64,000 nucleotides of DNA from Phallusia mammillata. Its lineage: Eukaryota. Under the pieces are notes generated by a model. It did no database searches, was not told where the DNA came from, and saw only the letters and a list, made by a program, of their open reading frames with translations. The translations under genes were made by a program, and so were the position numbers. Positions 1 to 12,352 of this stretch are shown piece after piece; the first letter of the stretch is position 1, and every line of letters begins with the position of its first letter. The stretch is from positions 18,290,001-18,354,000 of the forward strand of contig OZ281497.1 in assembly GCA_965637545.1 (NCBI GenBank), written 5' to 3'.

Positions 1-2706
1 AAAATAGTTGGAGACATGCAATAAATGGGCGAAGGCAACGCAGTCAGTCGATTTTGTGATAAGAGTTAGGTGTCAAAAAGATTAAATTATGGTTTTGAAT
101 GACTAAGAGGTTTTGAGTAAGCGTGGGCAACAGAGTATGAATTGCCTTGAATTTTAGACACAATGCGACTTGACTAGGATTTTTGTCTTGGCACTTGGTC
201 GACCCCGGGTTTACGTGGATCTCAAAACGATAATATCGTTGAGTCGGCTGCAGCAAGTGCCCCGACCCGGGGAGAAACTGAAGTTGCTTACGCCACAAGC
301 GTTTCATGCGACATTGCAAATGACTGTCATCGCGATCTACAGTGTTGCCGATAAGAGAAGATAGGAAGATTGGTAATTACGACGACCTCCGTTGCATATC
401 CCACACCGCTTTCAATCGACATTTGGGCCAAACGCTGAGGTCTTTGTTTGAACGAGGAGCATTGTGCATTTTGCAGATTTGAACTTCGTTTGCATATGGT
501 TTATGTTCCACATAATTAAAAGAAAAGGTAGAGCCTCACGTAACTTAAATTGTTACCAAAAAAATATTTTTAGTTGTGAAAGGATTTTTTATGTTTGTCG
601 GCCGAACATGTTTTACATAAAAATATGTTTTACTAGAATTTAAAGCCGTACAGTGAAATTAGGGCTGCATGTATGTTATATGGGTACCTTGCCAAAAGAT
701 GAGGTTTTAATCGAGGCGGAAAGTTAATCTATGAGCAACATTTGTTTTGGATTTAAATACGCCACACGGTGTATCAATGTTTATGTGGCCCACAAAACAT
801 GTCGGTCGGGGCTTTGTGCAAGCTTTACATTTAAATACAGCAGCAGCAGCAGTGTAGCCGATAGGGATGAGAATTTATTGGTGTCAACTGGCATCCCAGA
901 CGGAGATAAGTTGAGACAATATCTGAAGCCATTTGATAAGAATTGTTTAGCGCGCACCTCGCGTTGTTTGGCCTCCTGCGGGTTTATCCACCCAAAGTGT
1001 GACGAGCAATAAATTACGGCAAAAGCTTTGGCGCGGCTGATTGTTTGGAATACGGTCGCATGCGCGGAACCCGCTACTGTTGTCGCATTGTCGCACGAAC
1101 GTCGTGTCACTTTATGGATGAATAATGGCGTTTGCTTTCGTGAAAAATTACCAGGCTGTCGAGAGCAAAGATCTCCCAAAGAGCGAATGCCGAGGACGAG
1201 TCAAATTACTTGCGATGTTTGCGTTTTGAATAATTGGCCTTGTGTATCGATACGAAAAGCCGGCGCGTTATGGAATATACACGACCTATACAAACAGGCT
1301 ACTCCCTCTCTCTGCATTCAAACATCGCCGATGGAGTATATTTTTAAAATGCATCAAAAATTCAGCGCCAGATGTTCCTTTCATTATGTGAACCACCTCT
1401 ATTTGCCACATGAAATTTTGTCGTGCTGTTCGTTTATCATCGCGACGGCCGCATTTTGAAAATTAATAATTGCCGCAATAAATTCAAAAAGACAACATCG
1501 TGTGGACTGGTGGATGATTGTTTTGTTGAATAAATACGCTCGAAATAATTCGTACGGTAGTAATAATTTCGTAGCGCATGACTAAAATAAACGACTCAAA
1601 TGTTATTGCTATTTGTGAAGTACATTTATTCAAATATATATGTAGAAATATATATTTAAGGTTTGGTAAAATATTACAACTGGAAGTTTATTAAAGCAAT
1701 TTAAGATAACCACATTTGAGGCATGTTTTCGCTGTTAAGATTTTCGGCTTGGAGATTTGTTTAGTGCAATTGTGTTGCTATGTTGTCTTTCAACAAGCGA
1801 AAAAAACTCAACTCAGCTCAGTCGCAAAACTGTTACAATATGTTCAATATCATTAAATGTTTTTAAATTGCGTGCCCAGAATTGGCCCCCAAACCTTTTG
1901 CAACAGTAGTGTTTCTGATAAAAGACAGCATTCCAGTGAGTCGATCGCTGACCAAATATCGCTCATCTGCTGCCCCGAGTCGCGACGCGAATCTTTTCCT
2001 CACCGCAAGGGAGAGGAACAACGAGAAAAACGTTGTTGACCGTATCTCAGCCAGACCGAGATCATTCGAAATTATTATCGCCACCAGAGCAGACAGCCTG
2101 GAGCTTCTACTTAGTCACCAGGAAAATTCAAACTAAGCATACTTACTGATAAGGAATTTGAAAGTATTATTTTAAGTAGTTTTATTGTCAAACCTTGCTG
2201 TTTAGTTCTTATTAATTAAGATTCGTGTCGAGTTAGTGATATTAGGAAGTTTTATAGTTTTCTTTACTGCGTATTTTAATTTTTCTTTCGGTTTGTTTAA
2301 GTATTTGTCACGTAATTTATGTTCATGCTTTTAAACAGTTTGGAGAAACAATGCTGCTTAAAAAAAGCTTTTGATCTTTTAAAATGCGGCGCCAAAGAAG
2401 GTGTATAATTATTCTGAAAGTTAACAAGCTCTTACAAGTCGAGTAACCAAGTTTATACTGACAGACGTTGTTTATTAATGTTGTTGTATCACGTCAACTA
2501 TACGAGCTAATGCGAAGCCCTAAAACATTATGCGCAACCACATAAAACGGTTCGATTTTAGCCCGAAACTTGATTGTCGCGGTTCTGCTTCTTGTCCCGA
2601 CAGCTGCTCCCCTGAGTAAATGTTGCTTTTACATGCCAGTTATTAATCGGTGCCGTGCTTTGTTGTGTTGCAGCCTAATATTTTTGATTGATAGCTATTG
2701 ACTGAC

Positions 2707-5700
2707 ATGGCTGACTCTGGTGCATTCATGTTTGGCGGCAACACGGCAGCGGTGGCCTTGCATGTCGCCGCTTCGGCCGGTATGATGGAGGGCAAGAAGG
2801 CCAACTGTGCAATGCCATTCTACCCATATCCGACATTCCACAACGGAACCTCCGCGGCGCCACCTCGTTCTATGCCGTCGTCTTTGGCAGGTGGCACCCC
2901 GTTCGGAATTGATCACATTCTGGCCAGACCCATTGCCACAAGTGCATTAAATTGTGACAGCGATGTGGCCAGGGCCGCTAGCCACAACACGAACACGAAC
3001 AAATTCAGCACGGCCATGGGCCAAAACGTTGCCATGGCCCAAGCGGTTGCCATGTACGGGGGCATCACCAACTGCATGCAAAGTCAAGCTAATGCGCGAT
3101 ACCCGAAGCCTCTCGCCGAATTGCCAGGTCGACCTCCCATCTACTGGCCCGGTGTAATATCAGACGATTGGAGAGATAAAATGAACATTCAAGGTATTTA
3201 GAAATCTGTTTCAAGGCTAAGCGAATTGCCAGGAGTTGGTAAAGGTGAAACGGTCACTCTGTTACCCAATTCAAAATGGCGACATGTCCTTTATTTGCTA
3301 TTTCCGTTTATTTGTCTGTGGTTTTAAGGCTCGAAACTTATATAACTAGTGAGACAATGCAATATATTGTAACAACTGTTATTTGTTTCGATATAGTGTT
3401 ATATACTTAAAAAGCAAAAGGTGGCGAAAAAAATCGCCTTTATTTGTTCTTTTATCGCAAATGTTCTTTTTTTCTGCACGAATTAACGTTTAACACTCAA
3501 ACAAGGTCCCTAAAAATAAATTGCATATCATAAAATGTAAAAAAAATTCGCCGATGCAAGCTTCTATTTTTGTTTTTCCCGAAATAAAAAAATCAACCGC
3601 TCAGCTATAACAGTTACGTTACATCAGCGCAAACAAGGTTTTATCAAAGTTTAATCTCAATAAACATTAATATTGCAAGGAGGGTCGACGTGCAGACAAA
3701 ATAGCTTGCGACACTTGCGTACATTACCAGATCAATTAGGGTTTGCTTAACCCAATTTCGCCGTTCATGCATTGCAATTTACCAACAGGCAACCTTGAAC
3801 CTTAACGCACGACAAACAGCTACGTGTTATTTTTCACCGACGATTTATTATATGCGCATTCGATTTTTAGATTCTATTACCGACAATTTAATTGGCATCA
3901 ATTATGGATGGCTTAAACATAAATCCATTGAACCCGACAGGTGCTCCCTCCACCATCGTAATGGAAAAGTATGGACGCAAAAAGCACACGCGACCCACCT
4001 TTTCCGGACAGCAGATTTTCGCCCTGGAAAAGACCTTCGAGCAGAGCAAATACCTGGCGGGACCCGAACGGGCGCGACTTGCCTACTCTCTTGCAATGAC
4101 AGAATCACAAGTCAAGGTGAGAAGCTAATTCGGGCAAAAACACCCACATTTCGAAACAAAAAATTAAACTAAAAAACCAGCGCAATTTTTTTATTGGCCC
4201 GGGTTTAGACCACATGCAATATTTCCAGGACAAAATACATCGCTATCGAAAGTTATCACTCACCCAATCGAACAGCCGTCAAACTGCAATGAAACATGCC
4301 TTGAACTTTCGTTCACTCCCGGTTAAGTGCACTCCGGGGTACGATATCGAACCAAGATTTATAACGCGAATCGACTGCTGGCGGTCAGGGCCCCATTACA
4401 ATGCCAATAGATACAAGCCACGTGACAAATAACCACAGTTTAATCTTGAAGTTTGGCATTCCCGATTGGGCCTTGTGCCTTCAATCGAGCGGGTGAGGAA
4501 TCACCTAAAACAATTAACAAATCTTGTTTCGAGCCCCCGGCCATCCCCAGCGAGCTAGCAATCTCATTGGGCGACCCGTGGGTCTTGCTCCGCTCTTCAA
4601 TTACTTCGCGTGCCAAGGGATAATTGCCTGAATGGGTTTGGCCCTCACCGAGACAAGTGAATGTAGCGCCGCGGCACCTTTAAAACTACGAGAGAAAAAT
4701 AAGGACTTCGTTTTTACTTTATTTCCAATTTAAAGTTAAAACAGCACGCCACGAAAAATTAACGAAAAAATAGTTGATTTGGTAAAGTCGGTTAGAACTA
4801 ATTTGGTCGAATTATTTTAAGTGGTTTGATGGGAACTAGGCAAGTCATAGATCTAAGTCTCGACGATAAAATCGAATTGACACGCATTAACGATTAACTC
4901 TTGTGGATTAAAGCAAGGTCATTGGCGTTGACTCTTAAAGCGTAGCGAATTAATTTGAATGCCGAGGACCACTGGCGTTAATTTATAGCTTGTTATCCTC
5001 GCTAACCCGTCGATCCCGGCGAGTAGGGTGGGAATACACTGTCCCATTGATCACATGCTTGTTGTTGATAATTAGCGCAATGGACGGGCCCGACACGAGC
5101 TTATCTCCATATTGTTGACATTCGACCACAATAGGAATTAATCGCTTGAACTCACTGGCCCATAGTCGGGCACAGGCACGTGTGGGCTTGGAGAGATCGG
5201 CGTTGGCAACCTATTGTTCTGTATTGATGTTAGACGGTGCGCTGCATTGGTGAGTGGCGAAACAATAGTTGGCGTACCGTATGGCCACCGGCTAATGAGG
5301 CTGGTAAACTTTTTACTGTCAAGCTGTTGTTTTTGACGCGTGTTTTTGAATTTGTCAGGTTCGTGTTGTGAAGATCGATTAAGCAGGTTGTACACGCGGA
5401 AAGTTGAACCGATTTGGGGCATGTATTTCTTGTCGACAAGACTGGAAACCAAAACTAAAAAATCTCAAACATTTTGACGACCTTTTATAAATAAACAGTT
5501 TAATATGTTTTTAAATAGATTTTAAAATAGGAACAATATTAACAAGCGCATTTTCATTCTCAAAGGTGTGGTTCCAAAACCGACGAACAAAATGGCGTAA
5601 GCGTCACGCGGCCGAAATGGCGTCAGCCAAGAAGCGACAAGACGTCGAAGTTACGCAGAAGATGAAGGAGATGGACAGCGCCCAGTTGCAAACTTCTCCC

Positions 5701-6282
5701 TCACAAAAATGTGACGAATCATCCAACAACATCGCGACATCACTGGAAAGTCCCGAGTATGACAACGGCGTCGACAACTACTCGGAGTCACACTCAAGCG
5801 GAGGATCTTACACAGCATCGAAACGAGGCACCGATAATGAGGCGAGCGATAACAGCGAGGTGGACGACAACGACGATAAACCGCTTCAACCAAATCGCCC
5901 GTCCTCACAAGAAGTCGCTACTGAGCAGCCGCAAGAAACTGAGCGGGAGCGACAGTTCAAATCCCTGCTCTACGGTGGCCACAAGTTGCGTAATGAACTT
6001 ACCGCCGGCAACCACCCAGCAAGCAGTATGTACTCCACACAGTTTTCAGCTGTGTGTTCTGGGGATGCCCACGCGGCCACTCTTCCTCCGTTTAACGTAG
6101 GAATGTTGTCAAGTAGCAAAGTTACACCTGGGGGGTCGCAAACGTGGACTGGACCCCAGGAAAACGCTTTTACATCATCATCATCATCGCCCATGGGCCT
6201 TTCCATGGACTCACTTTTTCCCGGCTATGTCACCTCCATACCGAACGGGGTAACCAATGACGCGATTGTGCAGAAGTTTTAA
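2707..6282 (+). CDS. Nkx6: NK6-class homeobox transcription factor, 3 exons, ~459 aa
   Basis: Exons 2707-3193, 3941-4116, 5566-6282 join in frame with GT-AG. eh1/TN motif [12 protein letters not shown] and the Nkx6-typical [19 protein letters not shown] are present. Homeodomain [46 protein letters not shown]|[14 protein letters not shown]. Confidence 0.97.
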
Positions 6283-8821
6283 TCTGCCGCATTTTAGTGT
6301 GATATGACATTACGTTTACACGAGGTCAAATTAAGTCGCGCGATAGAAAAGTTGCATGCAAACCCCTCAAACCTATCACGGTTCTAAATCATTCTCCGTG
6401 TTCAACTTTTTCTTTCATAGTTTGTTGTCGTTGTCATCTGAAGTCCTGTCATGTGTTTAATTTATTTTACATCGTGGGGAATTCAACATGTACGTTGTCG
6501 CCCCCGCCCAGTGCGATATTATATCGTATCGTAACTCGTTGTTATCGTGACATATAAGACCCTTGTGTGCGTGTGTAATCAACCTGCATGGATCGTTTGA
6601 AATATACCGGCTTACAATTTCCAGTGACACGGGCTTGGGTGTGCTGCAGGTGTTTCCCCATCAGGCGTTAAAAGCAACATCCGCTGGTCGAACACGAAAC
6701 ATCCGCAGTCGATTTCACTTTCAGCAATTAATCCCAGCCAGCCAAGATGTTTTTGGCATTTTTAGCGGGAGCGCTTAATTGCAGGTGCTTCCTTCTAAAA
6801 GCGCGCCCAGAACGGAGGTGCCCCTCGCCGGGGCGGGCTTAATCTTGTTAGCAAGTTGCGCTGTTTCTTAAATGCAATCGATACCGGGATCTAACGTGAT
6901 AGATAGCCGCGGGCCCCAGTACACGGTTTTAATTGAAGTAATGGATACCGAAAATGCACTCATGATGCTGTTACACGGTATTGATCACGGCTGCGGTTTA
7001 GCCGGGATTGAAACGGTTTTAGCGATGGCGCCTGCTGCTTGGTTGAACTAGGGAGACCCGAGGTGAGGCGCGTGAGCTGGACGATAAAGTCGAATAAAAA
7101 TAAATTTGTAAGACGGTCGAATACGCGCCGGATAATGATGAATAATGAAGCAATCGTGGAAAAAAACGAGGCACCATGATTTCATTATTGGTGCTCGGCG
7201 CAAATCAATTATGCAACTTAAACGAATTATGACGCAGTAATAGTAAAAAGGCGCAAATAATCAAGAAGCACGGAGCAGAGGGAATTCACGCAGTGGGTGA
7301 GGTCAGAAGCAGCTCATTGAAAGCGAAGAACCACCGAGCGATTAACAGCGGAGAGATTTATGACCGTTTTAACAAATAGCCTCTTCGTTGCTTCCGTGAA
7401 ATTATCTTAAATAAACCTTTGTGTATTTTGTACCGGGTCCGATGCGAAATGGCTGACACCGATGTAGAAGTTAAACATCAGCAGTTCCTGTTGTTGAATC
7501 ACATGGTGACGTCACGAGTCTGTGACTGTCACAGTCGTAATTCATCTCTGGTACGTAACGGACTCGTAAAGCTGATCGGTAAACAGGCACATCAGTTTTA
7601 TGGGCACTCCACAGACTTTCAATTTGCTTCGAAAACAATGCTGGTGCTTTACCATATCGTGGGAATCAAATAAAATTACTTACGAGTGAAATACGCTGAA
7701 CTGCAGAGCAAAGATTTCAAACAGAACAAAACAGGTCATTTTGCAATAATTTGTGGTTAATCACCTAATAAAACTTTGCAAAAACTTGATAGAGACAATT
7801 TTTTTTGGTCACCACCAGTTAAAGAAAGTATTTAAACATTGTTGACAAAATAAGGCCAAGAATATGTGTAGTTTTCTTGGTGTTAATTAAAACCTAACTC
7901 TCTTTACCAATAAGTACACATGCGTATAGCACGTACACTGATTTCATCAGCGATCATCGGTGAATTTATAGCCTAATCTCTGCCTGCTTATTAGGCTTGG
8001 ATTATGTGGGCACTACCATCACAAGTGTTTATAAACAAGGGATAACCCCAGTGACACGAGCCTTTCTTGTGGTCAAAGCTAATGACTGGCGGTTTGATGT
8101 GCATCACATGCATGTCTGAAGGTTTTAACAGTGCCCGTCAATTCACTGTTTGTTTATTGCTTACTGCGACAAATGAGCACAAATTACAGAATTTGTTTTC
8201 GCAAGATTCAGAACGTTGATAGAAATATGCCACAAACATCATAAATCTGGTTTACTGCGACAGATGTCATTATACGCTTGGTGTCGCCAAAGATTCGTAA
8301 TTTAGACCTAAAAAAAACTTGACAAGGAGTTTACCCGTTTCACCCCATTAAGGACACTTTCACACAAAGAGTAGATGTTTATGAACGTGTAGCAGCAATC
8401 ACGTTTTACCTTTTTAATAGAAGATTGTAAACGATTGCAAGATCACAACGCCCGGCTTGCTGATAAGCAGTTGAACCTTGACAGATAGAATTAAGATAAT
8501 TGACAGCATACGGCCATTTATGTAGTTTTGGGTGTAACATGAGTCAACATTTCAGTGACTGTTATTCATTGCCAAGTGATAGGATCAGGTTTAAAATGTC
8601 GCGCGTTTGGTTATTCTTGATCTTTTGGTACAATCGGCCATATCAAAGCCTAATTTTAGTCTATAGGTTTATCAGAACACACAAAAACTCTTTATTGTTC
8701 AAGCAGAATGTTAACAACGAATAAACATACGTACCAATGTAATGCAATGTTCTTAACCAAAACATATGTTGCACAGCGGCAACAAAGAAAACAAATGTTT
8801 TGAAAACGAGGTCGCTATTAG

Positions 8822-10136
8822 TCATGTCACAGTAGCGTAGATGCTGTCGCCTTCCATAACAACTCGCGCAGACCTTATTGCATCTAACGGACTCGAATAT
8901 CCCGGATTTTCAAGTGCCCGCAACGATCCCACGCTGCTTTCTGCCTCTGCCGTCTCGAATTCTGCAAAATCCTTTTCAATCCTGTCTCTGTGTCTGTTTT
9001 CCCGGCATTTTATAGCCAGAAATGATAAAATTGCAAGTAGCACAACACTCGCTGCGCAACTCGCCAAGATTAAAACAAGTTCCTGGTTTGGTTCGGAATT
9101 GGGACACTGATCCGCTGCAGTCTGGGTTATTACTTGTCCAACGCATCTTTTTGGAAAAACCTGACAGATCCGAATTCTTTGTTGTTTGGCCCCTGGCTGG
9201 GGACAGACACTCCAAGTACCCCATTTCTGCCACGTAATGCAGTTTTCGGTAATACACTGACCCGAAGCGGCTTTCAAAGTTGTTGTTTTTACACTCAGCG
9301 GTAGTGTTGTACTGGTACTTGTGTGGGAGGCTGTCATTGTTTTTGTGACAGATGTTGATGTGGTTGATGAAGAAGAGGCTGTCATTGTTTTTGTGACAGA
9401 TGTTGATGTGGTTGATGAAGAAGAGGCTGTCATTGTTTTTGTGACAGATGTTGATGTGGTTGATGAAGAAACACCGCACTCCGCGAAGTTGAGTTGATAT
9501 GGTGGACCACCTGTGGTCTCCAATGGGCATGGATGTGTTTGATTGCACCGCCTAATAACAAGCTTACGCTCTGTGCCGTTGCATGTATCTCCGGTATCAT
9601 CAAAATTTTCCCAACTTCCCCAGCTGCCATGGACGCATTCATGTTCGTTCACGCAACTTCGAAATTGAGTTAGCGTGCAAGAGGAGTTTTTACTGCACGT
9701 CAAAATGCGAGAATGAATTCCTTTGTAACAAACGCTGGTGCATGAACCAAACCTGCAAATTAAATCACCTAATATATGTAACCATTTAAAAAGCGAGCAT
9801 ATTTCAACGCGCTAACAGCCACTTATTAACACCGTAAGTCTGTAATAGCCTTAAACTTAATCAGATTTTTCGTAGGAAATCTTCAAATCAGGACCAACAA
9901 ACTCACCCTGAATTAAGATTAATGGCCGCTTCACCAATATTCTCGCACACATCTCTGCAATTTCCACTTGTTTCCTCTTTTGAGACGCACGTGATCGCTA
10001 AATTAGCGCAGTCTCTGTATCTTTGTAGTATTGTACCATTTGACAATGATTGCCATTCTCCCCAACTTACGCAGTCGATAACACAAAAATGCAGAACAAA
10101 CAGCAAAAACAATATAGCACTTCTTCGAAATGGCAT
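8822..10136 (-). CDS. Type I membrane protein: signal peptide, degenerate thrombospondin type-1-like repeats, Ser/Thr mucin stalk, TM helix, Tyr-motif tail (~386 aa)
   Basis: Exons 10136-9907 and 9752-8822; the phase-2 intron joins in frame. Signal peptide MPFRRSAILFLLFVLHFCVIDC. WGEW, WGSW and WQKWGTW plus R-x-R-x-C motifs. TM LVLILASCAASVVLLAILSFLAI followed by KCR. An alternative in-frame ATG lies at 10181. Confidence 0.8.
9327..9470. repeat. Three identical 48-bp tandem copies encoding (ASSSSTTSTSVTKTMT)x3
   Basis: Unit gaggctgtcattgtttttgtgacagatgttgatgtggttgatgaagaa at 9327, 9375 and 9423. Confidence 0.97.
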
Positions 10137-12352
10137 GTCGGTTACTTTGTGAAGTTCCACAGTGATACAAAACAGAAGCATGAGGTTGTGAAGTCAGGTG
10201 ACAAGCAGTGAATCACGGTGATTCACTACCTTGCTGTCGAAATAGGATGTCTGCATGTGAATGTAGCATAAAAGGCCAGCTCGGATGCTTACTGTGTGGT
10301 GGTAATATCCTTTCTTGGCAGTTGGTGTTGTCACGTTACAACACAAATAGATATGAACACTATACGTGCTCATCCTATTAGTCTGTTATGTCAGAGTCAG
10401 GGTTGTTCTTAATGGATTGCGCGATACTTTTTATTCGCTTTGCATTCTATCGTCGGTGGCAACATAACGACCAGAAATAAAATTTTCGTATTTAGAAGGC
10501 CCAAGTCGAGAAATTAAACCTGTTTGGCAACCCCAAACTTACAAGCTCTTCCATAACAAATAAAATGTTGCAGTGGGTCCGAATACTTCGCGCCATATAA
10601 AATCGCATTTTGAGCAAATCTGAAAAGAAAGGGTTAGGGTTAAAAGAGAAACATTGCATAAAACATACTTGATGCTTACATAATCCATTGAATGGATATA
10701 ATGATGTTGTATCTGAACCGGTGATAAAGTTGCTTATCAAGAATGTGTTAACTGCAAAAAGGTACCATGAAATTGTCCGCAACTTGTGATTCACATCGCT
10801 GGCTGCTGGTTGAACATTTTATTCCCAAATAAACAACCAAGTATTGCATGACACAACTACAGGTCAAACAGCAAGACGCATACAATCAACCAAAGGCGAA
10901 CATGTAGAAATATTTATATATTAGTTTTCGTGCCGGCATCATCGCAGCAAAAGTTCATTAGTGGGACAAAAACAATCGCAACAGACAGCATGGTGAGAAA
11001 AAATTGACACAAACAGCACACGAGCTCCACCTAGCGGCGTTTGTCCAGCTTGACTTCATCAGACTAAAAATCGTTTTAAAAGCATTTTGTTAGGGCGCGT
11101 CTACTATTACAGAAGAGGCAGAACAGAAAAGCAAATGTGCTGCACGAAATAGCATAGCGAGCGCGAATATAGCAAGCAGGTTAACAATCACCTGGCAAGA
11201 TCAAGGACTCGATCAAGTGGTAGTATATTGGTATTATCACACGTTGAAGTTAAAACACAATTTGCCGCAAAACAGAAAGATTATTCTTTGACATAAAAAA
11301 TCCACAACTCTTTGAACAATCGTCAACGCAAATTAAAATGAAATTCGTGGATGTAACAGTTACTTACAAATCGAATGACGTCGCTGCGCAAAAAAGAACG
11401 AGTGGTAAAGATGCTTAATGTGTAAAATAAACTGAAATACACAACGACATACAATATTTTAGTGCAAAGCAGTCACTATTCTGCCAACGGAACATGGCCG
11501 TAACCACTAAAATTGATCATTGCACGAAGGATAATGTTGGTATCAACGAAGCTTCTTTTTTTGCAATACTGTGAAGAGGTTTTTAAGCGTAAAGCGGATA
11601 ATCTCAAGCAAATGTTGTAATACAGGATTTTTTTACCAATTGCACTAAGTAAATGAAACGTATTGCTTATCTTTAAAACAAATAACTCTATTCCTGGCTA
11701 ACAAGCATTTTCCATGCAAATTCAAGCGGGTGTAACAGACGTGCTTACGTGTTCATACGTTCACAAGTATACAAGTTCAGTGCAAAGATATTTATAGTTT
11801 GTGCGCAGTGCAGCAGAATCATAATGTACAGGTTATTGTTCGCACAGATCAGTCTATTGCTCTTCCACTACATAGGCGAGTAACTTTAGGTACCTGGATT
11901 GTACGCACGTGTATACGGGCTGGGCACGTACAAAAGCACTCTTTCTGTACGTATTATTTAAGGTACCGGGTATAATCACACCACAGGGAACGTAAAAGGC
12001 GAGTTTACAGCTGCGAAGTAAAAGCTCAGGCGGTACAGAACTCCGCCATGTTGAAACCTTGTTATATATCGCCGCGCTGCAGGTAATCATTCGTCGGTTT
12101 ACGCGTCGGCAGTTAACTTAATGCCATGAGGTAGCACGCAAGTTAGCGACTAAAATATCACAAACCAAAAACCAACGCCACCAAGCAGTAAAACTCGTTG
12201 TGGAATTGCAAACGAAGGCCTTTGGCGGCCCTTGCCTAGTCGGAAAGTAAAATATAAAACCCTGTACGGTGAAAAGCTAGTGTATAAAAATTTTCGGGGA
12301 TTGAGGGTACATTGTCACAACGTAATTCGCTTAGACACGGCTGCTTTGAGAC

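Noticed and set aside
44-1459. ORFs of 60-143 aa on both strands upstream of Nkx6
   Set aside because: No recognisable motifs or consistent splice chain; they overlap in several frames as expected by chance.
8976-9642. Alternative-frame ORFs with repeated FFINHINICHKNNDSL
   Set aside because: Shadow frames of the 48-bp coding repeat.
10492-10794. Exon-like pieces on the minus strand between INPP5A and the TSP1 gene
   Set aside because: Could not be chained; it would require a ~24-nt intron and shows no homology signal.
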